A stretch of 63,899 nucleotides of DNA, the filler included, from Octopus bimaculoides (lineage: Eukaryota): the NCBI RefSeq assembly GCF_001194135.2. It is 9 parts of 9 records of this genome, joined end to end, with 100 filler letters (N's around TTAATTAATTAA, not from the genome) between each part and the next. Parts side by side here need not be neighbours in the genome. Positions count along the whole stretch, not along the records: positions 47,495 to 54,975 come from NC_068985.1; positions 55,076 to 58,370 come from NW_026379619.1; positions 58,471 to 62,203 come from NW_026365031.1; positions 62,304 to 63,899 come from NW_026333163.1; 5 more parts are not named here. The stretch is one strand, 5' to 3'. The position numbers and the translations under genes were made by a program. The notes beneath the pieces were generated by a model. The model was not told the origin of the DNA, ran no database searches, and saw only the letters and a program-made list of their open reading frames with translations. Position 1 is the stretch's first letter, and the number at the start of each line of letters is the position of its first letter. Shown here piece by piece: positions 50,400 through 62,405 of the stretch.

Positions 50400-51530
50400 T
50401 TCAATCGAAACCCACGGAAAAGACCTAACAAAAAAAAAGACTATTTGACAAACTTTAAATGTAAGCCCAGCCTATTCTATGGTCTATCTAAAATTCACAA
50501 AAGCCAACGTATAAATGAAGCCATCAAAAATCGCCAAAGGTACATATGCACCAGCACCGGGAGACATAAAATTATGGCCCATTGTAGCTGGACTATCTTG
50601 TGAAACACATCAAGTTGTCTCATGGACATTCTCCTGAAACTATTTCTAAAACATCAAGAGTCATATTAGAGATGACTTAGATATGTTAAGTTATCTTCCA
50701 GAAAGGGTCGAGGAGGAAACAATCCTTACAAGAAGGGTTTGCACCATAGTATCCGAAAAAATACCAGAGAACTAAGATTGCAAGAGCTTAAAAACGTACT
50801 CCAGGACAGGCACTACCCAACTCAACTCATAAATGAAGGGATTAAACGTGCAAAATCGACTGATATTAAAGCATTAAGAAAAGCCAAACACAACAACATA
50901 CCTACCCTTGAAACACTAACTTATGTCTCCACATACAACCCCAGAAACAAAGAAGCATTTAATATCATCGTCCAAAATCTCCGAATACTCCGTAAGGACC
51001 CCAAACTTGAGGAAATTCTACGTAACCATAAAATCATTAAGAGCAGCAAACAACCTAAAACATTAAAGAAGGTCCTTGCAAATGACAAACTATTCTCTAG
51101 AACAGCGGACGCAAGAGTCGAAAAGTGTGGTCGCCTTAATTACAGAACATGTCCCAGTCTGTTAGACGGATCGGAATTCCATTTCAGACAAGGGCAAATA
51201 CTCGAAATCAAATATAACTTCACTTGCACCTCCCAAAACCTTATTTACATAATCAGATTATCGGGTTGCCATCGAAACTATATTGGTTTGACAGGAAAGT
51301 CGATCAGACAGAGATTTACGGACCACAGACAACAAAAATCCTCCTCACAATATCGCCAAATATATCTCAGTCAACACATTGATGAATGTACAGAACGATT
51401 ACAACCATAATTCGTAATTTGCCCATTTTATCAGCTTTCTTTCTGGACCTCAACCCCAGTAAGACTGAATAAAGTAGCCTCCTTTATCCAAAAATATAAA
51501 CCAGAATTAAATATGAACCCATATAAAAAA
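50400..51530 (+). mobile_element. Penelope-like element, internally deleted: RT start fused to thumb and GIY-YIG endonuclease
   Basis: LFYGLSKIHKS (FYGLPKIHK motif), then RLQELKNVLQDRHYPTQLI...TYVSTYNP...CGRLNYRTC...NFTCTSQNLIYIIRLSGCHRNYIGLTG.SIRQRFTDH, ending KYKPELN. The catalytic RT core is absent, with a jump near 50730. Confidence 0.9.
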
Positions 51531-51844
51531 TAAAAGACTTACCCCTTCTATTGTAAGATATAAGCTAGAATAAAATACAGACCAAAAATTAAAATTACAG
51601 ATTTACCTCCCCTTTACTGTAATGGGGGGGGGGAATATCGTCCCTAGTAATAGGTCTTCCCCCTAGCAATATGCCTATTTTCAACCCTTAGCTTGATGAT
51701 CAATGCGAAACTGACATTACTCTAATTATGCTTAAAGAACAAAATCTTATTTTGTACAAATTTCTATAATACCCTTGTTATTATGACTCTAATATACTTT
51801 AATCCTGTAAAACAAATGTTTTTTCATCTTTTCTCGTTTCTGTA

Positions 51845-51892
<48 letters not shown>

Positions 51893-52754
51893 TACATACA
51901 TGCACACATTTCAGGTTTCGCTAAGGAGCTGTGCTCTTGGAATATTTTATGTAACATGGTGTTTATACTTCATCTATTTTTCAGTGAGAGAACATCTTTT
52001 TCAATTTGTTCATTCATACATTTTAGTTATACGTTTGTTCTTTTCTCAAGTTGTTTTGTGAATGTTCGTTTTGTTTTTTTGTTTTTTTATGTTATTGCAT
52101 TTGCAAATGCTATTTTTTGCCAATATTGACTGTGGGGATTTTATAAAGTTGTCTTTAAAAATTAATAAAGAATTCATAGCAGTATAAAATTTTTATTCCT
52201 ATTCTTTGAATTAAACTAGTATTGAGTGTTCTAGAAAGTTAACAGACACTCTAGAATTATTTAGAATCACTTAAAAACTGAGAGTTTATTTTGCTAACCT
52301 ATGTACAATGTACATTTACCTCGTGATTTTTCGTTGTAACTTAGGGGTATACGGTAAAGACTATGCTTCACTAATATCAAAGTAAGTCCAATATGTCATC
52401 ATTTTATAACTGTATGATGTAATTTGAGAGTTAGTAGAGGTTGTATCTTGAAAGTCGAGCTGAGTGGCTCACTCGTTCACTGGGCGGATCGCAAATGCTG
52501 TTTCTAAAATTTAAAAACTGAATTCATTATTATCTAATTTGTTTATGGAAATAGATTATAGACAGCCTATCTGGAATAAAGCGGTACTGAACTTAAATTC
52601 TTAGAGAAGAAAGGGAAAGTAATGTTTCGGAATTGCATTTGTTTGATAATTAAATTGAATTGATATTGTGTGATAAGAAATGAAACACAAACATTTAAGA
52701 GCCAAAATAACTAGGTGACGCTGACATATATTATTACTTACATATTTAATACAG

Positions 52755-53044
52755 TTCTATATTTAAGAGATGAGGAATTATGTCTATTATTTACATTATT
52801 TACATTTGCCGGATATTTGTCCTCATCTTGTTTGTTGTTAACAATACAACGTTTCAGCTGATATACCCTCCAGCCTTCATCAGGTGTCTTGGGGAAATTT
52901 CGAACATGGGTTCTTATTCCTAAGGTATTTTTCGATGTTGTTGTTGTTGTTATTATTATCATTATTATTATTATTATTATTATTATCCTTATTATTATTA
53001 TTCAGGTCACTGCCTGGAATCGAACTCGGAATCTTAATAACAAC

Positions 53045-53076
<32 letters not shown>

Positions 53077-53104
53077 CAACAACAACAACATCGAAAAATA
53101 CCTT
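52755..53104 (-). mobile_element. Second copy of the tRNA-head/(AAT)n/hammerhead element, 5'-truncated, with an inverted 5' duplication
   Basis: Reverse complement is colinear with 1075-1300 (AAGATTCCGAGTTCGATTCCAGGCAGTGACCTGAAT-(AAT)n-ATCGAAAAAT...CCCCAAGACACCTGATGAAGG...CTCATCTCTTAAATATA). 53035-53104 is an inverted copy of 52922-52990. Confidence 0.85.
52843..52888 (-). ncRNA. Minimal type I hammerhead ribozyme motif
   Basis: GACAC-CTGATGA-A-GGCTG-(GAGGGTATAT)-CAGCT-GAAAC-GTT-GTATT; one G-U pair in helix II and one mismatch in helix I. Confidence 0.7.
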
Positions 53105-54404
53105 GCACATTTGTTTTTCTTTTTTTATATAATAACATTATACTAATGACCATAGAATTCATTTCTCGTAATTCTACGATTTAATACTGACATTATTTCC
53201 CTGGAAATTGTATTGTCATTCATTCCCTTCAGTTGGGCACAATATAAACAAGTTATGAAATTAAAAAAATAAAAATAGTGAAATCAGGAGAAAAATAACA
53301 ATTCTTCTTACCCATCTTCTGCTTTAATTTATTCTTATCTCATTTAATTTGCATCTTCCTTATCATATTTCTTCGCAACTATAACAGCTACTTTTCCTCA
53401 CCATATTTCCTTGTAGCTACAGAATGGTAATTGTCAGGTAAGGAACAAAGTATTTTTACAGCCTGAATGAGCGTGTACACACGGCAAATTTAGGTTGGCG
53501 ATGCGGTAGACTGTCAAGGTGGTGTTCACAAGTTTCGATATATGTGGTTTTCCAAGTATCTGCATTTCTTAATATCTCTGATCCTGTGTTTAAATAGTGG
53601 TTTTATTATCATAGTTTTTAATGATTTTCGTTTTTCCTCCTCTTCATAGATTTTATCCCTTCCATGTTTGTATTGTGCAAATACTTCGTGGATATTCTGT
53701 CTAAACTGGAAAGACATGTTGTTTCCTGCACGCATGCTTAAATCTTTCGCTAACTTTGGAAGAAATAGCATTATTTGTGCACAACAAAACCAAAGAAACG
53801 ATCTTCAATAATCTACGTAACAAATGTCCTTATTTAAACACCAGATCAGAAATATTTCGAAAACGCAGCACTTGAAAAGTCACTGTTAGACAATTAGAAA
53901 AAAAACCCACCTTCACCGGGCTGAACCAAAGACATACATTGACATCTTAAACTGCTTAACTTTAGATTTTACATATTTTTTACTAATTCCTCTAACGCCA
54001 TTCCTCCCATTAATGTTCTAACATATTTTCTGCCAGTATTTATTACAACGGAAGTAGCATTCTCCGAGTCCCAGTGTTTAGCCACCAAGCAGCAGGTTGA
54101 AGCGAGACGGCTATTAATCAGATGAAACCGTAGGTTTTACATCAGAGTGTCCCTTTTTCAGAAGGATGTTGAAACGGCAGTTAGGGATCTCTCAAAGGTT
54201 AGGCTATGTGTCTCACGCCCTCCTGATTGGTGGACAGGTTTTGTTTTTCGTGCTGGCAGGATGTCTATCCCACAAAAACAACCGTCCTTACTAATAAGGG
54301 TTGGCTGGGTTGCCGTTTTAGGCGCAATCAGTACAACCATGCGACAAGATGTACTGAGACACACGCTACCAGTAGCGCTAAGAGTACTATATATCTATAT
54401 ATTT

Positions 54405-54458
<54 letters not shown>

Positions 54459-56479
54459 ATATACATGCATACATACATACTTACACATTACTTTTAAACA
54501 TAACAGACTTCGAGAGAGAAAGAGAGTTGGGAAAAGGTTCGAGAAAAACGTTCCACATGATGGTCTGTAGAAAGAAATATAAAATGAAGGAAAATGCATA
54601 GAAATTTAATGCTGGAAAGCAACTTTTTTTTGTTATGAAATAAAATATTTACAGTGACGGCCGGTTTCCTTTATACTAATCATTACCAAGTAGTTAATAA
54701 TAATGTTATAATTTGGTGCTATCAAAATTAGTTTGCATTCCATGTTAGTAGGAGGAAGGATATTTTGTACAGTACTGACAAAATATCTACTGCCAACTTT
54801 CGTGTCGCTTATTCCCTCTTAGAGATGCATGACTGCGAGTCCTGTGCTCATGCTTGCTTATAGCATACAATTTTATGTGCAATATTTTTGTTGTCATAAC
54901 TTTCAAATTCAATATATTTCATTATATATAACTCCACTGTATATAATGTATATATATATATATATATATATATATNNNNNNNNNNNNNNNNNNNNNNNNN
55001 NNNNNNNNNNNNNNNNNNNTTAATTAATTAANNNNNNNNNNNNNNNNNNNNNNNNNNNNNNNNNNNNNNNNNNNNACTCCCAAGGCATTTGCCGACCTGG
55101 TGCTATAGTAATAGACATTTACCATAAATGCCACCACGCAACGGGACTGAAGGTGAAACCACGTGGTTGCAAAATGAGCTTCTTAACCACACAGCTATGT
55201 CAGCGCCTAAAATTGTCTATCAGGTGTGGGATACGATCCTATGCCCACATTCGTGAAACAGAATAAGGAAAATGCTAAAGTGAAAATATTAAACGGGCAT
55301 CTTTTTTTTACAAGTTTCCCCATTTATGCAACTAATTCACTCCTGTAAATTGTCCATAAGCTAATTTATACGTTTGGAAATTGATAGTCTAATGTGCGAA
55401 ATTATTTACGAAATTATTTCTAAAGACTGTATCGGTTTCACCGCAAATCTTTTTAAATTAAGATTCAGTCACCATCAACGTTCTCTTAGAAAACCCGAAA
55501 GACTTTCAGATTCAAGTTTGTAGAAGTAAATCAGATTCTAAAGAAATGATAATAGGTTGAGCTATAAAATCATTTGGTAAACATTAGATAAGGCCAAACT
55601 TTGTAAATAAGGTAACAGAAGCTGTGATGTTTGTCTTTCTGAAAAAAAAAATGGATATTTTGTTTTAAACACCATGTATCTTTGCCACCAAGAATCAAAA
55701 TATTTGCTGAGATATTTTTAAATGCTTAAAGGTTGAACGCTAAGCAGTTTAGTAGCATAATTATTTGTGCTCGAAATGCATCAAAAATTCATTTATTAGC
55801 ATACATATCATATTCAACATTTTTATCGTCAAAAATCGTAATTTTCCAAGCGGGCAAATTTATTGTATAATAATAATATATGGTTCTCTAATGTTAATGT
55901 GGATTGTAAACATGTTTTATTCAGTTTGTATTAATTCATTTGTCGTTTATATTTCTTCTACAAATACGAAAGCACTTGAATGACTTTTATTGTTGGAGAA
56001 TCGTAAAATCAAGATCGTTGTTTGATAAGGTTTTGTTTCAATTAAGTTGCATTTCATTCTTTTCTGTCTGAGTTGTTTTGCCCCTTTTCTTGTAGACACA
56101 TACACACACGCACAAACACACAAACACGCACGCTCACACACATGCGTGAAAACTTACGATAAACGCAAGTTTACGTCACTTGTTCTTAAAGAGACTTTAG
56201 TTCTCTGTAACATAATATAATAAAGTGTCTTCCGATGATATGTTGTGGTTAATTATCCAATTGCAGCTGGAACATCCGATACAACATACCAAAGAACCAC
56301 AGTGGTTAAACGGACGTAGAGACAAATGATATAAACTTGTGTTTATCGTAATTTCGCCGACATTTGCTCTGCGTATCATAACTAACCGCTATGCTGGAAG
56401 CAGACTGGATGATAATAATGTAGGTGGCGCTCTACACACAACAGAAGCTGTCGTGCATCTATACGTACACACGAAATAT

Positions 56480-56483
56480 ACTA

Positions 56484-56573
<90 letters not shown>

Positions 56574-56730
56574 ACTATCTATCTATCTATCTGTCTGTTT
56601 ATGTATGTATGTATCTATGTATCTATCTATCTATCTATCTATCTATCTGTCTGTCTGTCTGTCTATCTGTCTGCTTATCTATCTAACTATCTGTCTGTAT
56701 GTTTATCTATCTATCTATCTATCTATCTAT
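56480..56730. repeat. (TATC)n/(TGTC)n tetranucleotide array
   Basis: Direct reading; the complementary (GACA)n(GATA)n array is at 60480-60660. Confidence 0.95.
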
Positions 56731-57132
56731 TTTTTCTTAAAGAAAAGCTCTACAGTTGTATTTGTCCNNNNNNNNNNNNNNNNNNNNNNNNNNNNNNNNN
56801 NNNNNNNNNNNNNNNNNNNNNNNNNNNNNNNNNNNNNNNNNNNNNNNNNNNNNNNNNNNNNNNNNNNNNNNNNNNNNNNNNNNNNNNNNNNNNNNNNNNN
56901 NNNNNNNNNNNNNNNNNNNNNNNNNNNNNNNNNNNNNNNNNNNNNNNNNNNNNNNNNNNNNNNNNNNNNNNNNNNNNNNNNNNNNNNNNNNNNNNNNNNT
57001 ATCTATCTATCTATCTATCTATCTATCTGTCTATCTATCTCAATGTATATGTGTGTGTGTATGTATGTGCGCACGTGACTGTGTGTGTGTACAGAGAGAG
57101 ACAGACAGAGAAAGAGAGAGAGAGAGAGAGAC

Positions 57133-57167
<35 letters not shown>

Positions 57168-57363
57168 AAGGGAGAGATAGAGAAAGAGAGAGAGAAAGGG
57201 AGAGAGAAACAGAGAAAATGATAGGCAAACAGACACACATGTTAATACCTTATATAAATGTTGTTTTGCTGATTTCACCAATCACTCCTTACATCGTATT
57301 GACGCAGTCTCTGCAAAATGCGACCCACAGGACTTTCTGAATGGCACACCAACAGAAAATTAC

Positions 57364-57451
57364 CTTGAATCTTGTCTCAGTAGTGCGGGGCCGCTTGAGG
57401 ATGATCCATATCTCTCATGCGTCTCACTTCGCAAAAGAAGGCTTCCCTTGC
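57364..57451 (-). CDS. Isolated candidate exon (KGSLLLRSETHERYGSSSSGPALLRQDS)
   Basis: ccctcattttgttctag|GC...TTCAAG|gtaatt; 88 nt, a single open frame, non-repetitive sequence between microsatellites. No partner exon was found. Confidence 0.4.
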
Positions 57452-58071
57452 CTAGAACAAAATGAGGGCGAGAGAGAGAGAGAGAGAAGGAGAGAAGAGA
57501 GAGAGAGAGAGAGAGAGGAAGAAAAGAGAGAGACAGAGACAGAGAGAGAGAGAAGGAAAGTAAAAGAGAGATACAGAGAGAGTTAACATAAGAGATGCAG
57601 AATGAATGCATGTACTAGGCTTGGCGGCACGAAAAGGAAGAGGGGGGAATAAATGATAGAGAATATGCAAAGAGATATGCAAATGAGAAATTTGTTTAAT
57701 CAAATTTTATTTAATTTATTTTAATATTTATTTTTTGAATATTGGTGTTCATTGTAAAGCGGCGAACTGGAAGAACAAATTTCAGCTACATCTTCAAATC
57801 CCACGCAGGTTTGGCCAAAGGTCACCCGACAGTAAATCAAAATTCCATTAATGTTTAATATTCACTTTTATTTATTCATTCCAAATCTGAATGTTTAATA
57901 ATTGAATGCTGTGAGTTAAAATCACCGTTTTCTTTTTTTCTTTTTAATCAACATTTGTCTAGTTATTAGCGAAGTCTCATATAAAATAACTTTTTGTTTT
58001 AATCTTGGAATTATATGGGTTTTTATCTACTGTCAGGTGACTTCTGGCCAAACCTGTATGTAGACATACAA

Positions 58072-58265
58072 TAAGACGGCGAACTGACAGAAACATTAGC
58101 ACACCAGACGAAATGCGTAGCGGCATTTCGTCCATCTTTACGTTCTGAGTTCAAATTCCGTAGAGGTCGACTTGGCATTTTATTCTTTCGGGGTCGATAA
58201 AATAAGTGTAACCGTTTTTCATCCCCTTCCCCGCAACTGCTGGCCATGTGGCAAATTTTGAAACC
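58072..58265 (+). mobile_element. Family B SINE
   Basis: AAGACGGCGAACTGACAGAAACATTAGC...TTCTGAGTTCAAATTCCG...TTCGGGGTCGATAAAATAAG...TTTTGAAACC. Confidence 0.85.
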
Positions 58266-58593
58266 GGTGTTAGTAGTCATTTCATCGTTTTTGTATTCTT
58301 TTATTCTTTTACTTGTTCCAGTCGTTTGACGGCGGCCATCCTGGAGCACCGTCTTTAGTCGAACAAATCGNNNNNNNNNNNNNNNNNNNNNNNNNNNNNN
58401 NNNNNNNNNNNNNNTTAATTAATTAANNNNNNNNNNNNNNNNNNNNNNNNNNNNNNNNNNNNNNNNNNNNACATATATATATATATATATATACATACAA
58501 AAAAACGGAGAAAAAACAAGTAAAGAATAACAATGCGTGGGCGTAGTACGTCGTACATTAATAAGACGCTCAGAGAAGGAAAGAAAGAGTGGT

Positions 58594-58630
58594 TGCTTTG
58601 CGTTTCGAGCAATGCTCTTCTTCGGAAACA
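58594..58630 (-). ncRNA. Degenerate minimal hammerhead motif of a second PLE-type family
   Basis: TGTTT-CCGAAGA-A-GAGC(ATT)GCTC-GAAACG-CA-AAGCA. Helices I and II pair, but two core U positions read C. Confidence 0.5.
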
Positions 58631-60509
58631 CGAAGCCTAGGAAAGTCCAGAATAAAAGGAAGAAAGAGGAAAGAACCGCCAACAGTCGACGTGTAGTTAT
58701 ATTTTGGAATGACTGGAAGTAGATGGACAAAGAAAGTGCTTTCTGGTACAGGAGAACGTGAAGATGGTTGGTATCTATGTGTATGTGTGTGGGTGATTGA
58801 GGTGGCAAGTGTGTGATAGCGTGTGTGTGTACGATACCGTGTGTCTGTGGCAGTAACTGAGTGTCTATGTAGTAGTATTTGAATTTGTGTGTTTGTGTGT
58901 AGCATGTCTGAATGTGTGCGCGTGCTTGTAATTGTGTGTGTGGTATTAACAGCTTACATGTGTTTATGTGAGTTATCTCTGTCTGTCTGTTAATGTCATA
59001 GTGAGCGTTCAGCAACTATGGTAAGAGGTGTATGTATGAGTGGTTGTGTATTTTTGAACATGTGCGTAGATGGAATGGTCAGTAGTAGTCGGGGCGGTAG
59101 AAGGATGTCCTTGCATAGTCGGACAATGATTTGAATCTGTCGATTCAAATTTATTCGTTGTATACCAATGTTCTTGACGCTGATTACAGCAAGTTGCATT
59201 TCTCTCATTCACACTGAAAAGTTTCACAGTGAGTGAGAAATGGAGACAGTTAAATATTATGATTATAATTAATTCTTTTTAGCGCTGATGAAAATTCGAG
59301 CAATCTTTGAAATTATTGAGAAACAAATCTATGAAGTGATCAATGGATGACTCTACAAGCGTTTGTATTAAACTTATCGTTCATATTTTGTAAGTTTCCT
59401 CTTGTTGTAATTCAAAGTTCTTGTAAACATAAACTGAAATAGCAAACATCCTATATATTCGGATTTATCTTGATACTATCCATTTATAATTCGGTATTAA
59501 CCCAATATACAGTTTAGAAATAGCACTCAGATTACCGAATGTATTCTGCTAGAAAAGAAACAGTAAAAAACGACGGATTTTTTTACAGAAAAAGATAGAA
59601 TTTTCTTTATTAATCTTCTTTTAATATTTTCACTAAGCTTCTGATCAACACTGTAGCTGTTGTTTGAATGCATTGTGCTCAACTGCAACGCTTGACATTT
59701 CGCATTCAACTAAAAAAAACAACTACTTTTGTGCACAGATTTTATAGAAAAAATAATCAATCATACGAATGAAGATAATATATATATTATTTATATATTC
59801 TCATGATTCATTGGTTTATCTTTTATTTATAAAAAATGGTTAAGATATAAGACAAATGTTAGAAGACGTTCTTGAAAATAAGATTTATCCGATCATCACT
59901 TCATTTATAATAATGATGATAATACAAAAAAAAAAAACTAGAATGGGATCTAAAACACACGCACGCACACTACACAAACACACACATACATACACACAGA
60001 CACATATATCAATATTTGTCTTTATGTTCAGTTATCATAAAACCGATTTTATCTTAATCTGATGGGTTAGTCTATACTTTTCTAGAATACCAATTTATTA
60101 CACTTATACAAGAATATTGTTGACTGTGACTTCAAAGTTTGAGCAGTGATACCGTTCTTTTGATATCTATAGGTGTTCTTGAAATCATAGATATATTCTT
60201 GCGTTTTCTAACTTGACATAGCAAAACATCCAGTTTGCAACATATGGAGCGATAAATTTCATTAATAAACTTGGATTTTCGATTGAAATGACTCAACCAA
60301 TTTGAAGGCGCAACGCAATACTTGGTTCAGCAAAAGCTTTTGAAGTGTTTGACTCACTCATCATATTCGACTACGTTAATTATATATTGACTATTCATTA
60401 AATACATAAGAATTATGCAGTCGATAATGATTTCAGTTATTACATGGAAACAATTGTTAAGTAGGACAGCGGGAAATAGACAGACGAACAGACAGACAGA
60501 CAGAGAGGC

Positions 60510-60576
<67 letters not shown>

Positions 60577-60601
60577 CAGATATATAGATAGATAGATAGA
60601 C

Positions 60602-60652
<51 letters not shown>

Positions 60653-60919
60653 CAGACAAACAGGGCATTAGTCGATTTTTAATGATCACTGTCCTTTCAG
60701 CTTACCTATCCTCTTTTATATAAATAAAAACAAATATTTCTCTTATACCAGTAACATTAATTAGTTCGGGACGTCAAGTAGTTGGTCTTAGGAGAATGTT
60801 TATTTATCACACATGATGAATGAATGATAGACTCCAAATGATCAAAATACAACGCAATTCTTCTAAGTTTCGATCGATGTTCTACCGTCATTGCTAATTT
60901 AGCAGCGTTATAATCGTTA

Positions 60920-61310
60920 CCGTTTAACATCTATCTCTTAGTTGTTTCAATCATTGGGTTGTCACCATGCTGGAGCACTGCCTTGAAGTGTTTAACTGAC
61001 AAAATCGACCACATAACTTATTTTCTAAGCCTGATACTTATTCTGTCAGTGCCTTTTGCCGAATTGCTAAGTTACAAAGCAAATGAGCACTGATTGTTAA
61101 GATGTGGCGTGGGATAAATATAAACACAAAGATGCGTACATACATATGTACGACAGTCTTCCTTTCAATTTCTTTCTACCAAATCCCCACAAAAGACGTT
61201 GGTCTTCCGCGGGTAAGATTAGAAGCCTAAAGTATCACGCAGTTGGATTGAATCTGCAACCATGTGGTCGCAAGACAAACGTCTTATAATACAGCTATGG
61301 CTACGACTGT
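60920..61310 (-). mobile_element. Family A composite SINE, degenerate
   Basis: CCATGCTGGAGCAC...AAAATCGACC...CTTATTCTGTC...TCTACCAAATCCCCAC...ACAGCTATG. Confidence 0.75.
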
Positions 61311-62166
61311 AAGTATAATTATGTGAAAAAAAAATAAAGAAATTGCCAAACTTTACTTACGACAGAAACTGCGATGTAAAATATGATGATTTAGAAAGCA
61401 GATGAGTTAAAATCAACGTATACGCAGTCTCACAGTTTCAGGAATTTGAATATTGCTCTAGAAAGAGCCTATATCTTTCAAAGTAAATAAATAAGTAAAT
61501 TAATAAATAAAATCTAATGTAAACGAAAACAACTTATTTCATATTTTTATCAAACAGTTAATCACGTTTTATATGTTAGAACGAATGAGTCACTAAGCAG
61601 GATATTTCACTTATCATCATTTTCCATCTTGATTTTTGTTGTTGCTATGATTTAGTGTTGTATATACCTAGACAATCTCACGCTATCTTCTACACACTTT
61701 TTACTGTTAGGCCTATGACACTTAACCAGTTTGTCTCGCAACAAATCATAGTTAGTGAATTTTTTAATTGTGACTCCAGGCGAAATACCAAACAGATCTT
61801 AATCACAGATACATCTTGTATATTGATATATGAACTAAAGTGCTCGCGCATACACAACACATATACGTACAAGTACACACAGAGAAACACACAAACACAC
61901 ACACACACTCACACATACACAGGCAAAAGATCACACACACACGTGCGCGCACACACGCGCAGACACACAAACACAGACACACAGGTATGTATGCGGGCGA
62001 TTTTAGATATTTGTATGTGCAATATGAACGTATGTGATTCCTGTGTTCAGAAGGCGGAAACGTGAAAGCTTAGAACAAAGGAATAGCAGTGGCTGATAAA
62101 TCTTTTGGGTGATAGTAACAAAGGTAATTAGAGCGATGTAGCTGTCTAAATAAAGAGAGAAAGATA

Positions 62167-62203
<37 letters not shown>

Positions 62204-62304
62204 NNNNNNNNNNNNNNNNNNNNNNNNNNNNNNNNNNNNNNNNNNNNTTAATTAATTAANNNNNNNNNNNNNNNNNNNNNNNNNNNNNNNNNNNNNNNNN
62301 NNNA

Positions 62305-62405
62305 CTAGGCTTACAAAGAATAAGTCGTGGAGTCGATTTGTTCGACTTAAGGCGGTGCTGCAGCATGGCCGCAGTCAAATAACTGAAACAGGTAAAATAA
62401 TAAAA
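62305..62405 (+). mobile_element. Family A SINE tail
   Basis: ACTAGGCTTACAAAGAATAAGTCGTGGAGTCGATTTGTTCGACTTAAGGCGGTGCTGCAGCATGGCCGCAGTC. Confidence 0.85.

Noticed and set aside
53526-53771. 81-aa minus ORF (MLFLPKLAKD...)
   Set aside because: Non-ATG start, no motif and no convincing splice sites.
54050-54375. GC-richer segment with a 116-aa ORF (54147-54497)
   Set aside because: No recognisable protein and it runs into (CA)n; probably a repeat UTR, which I cannot assign.
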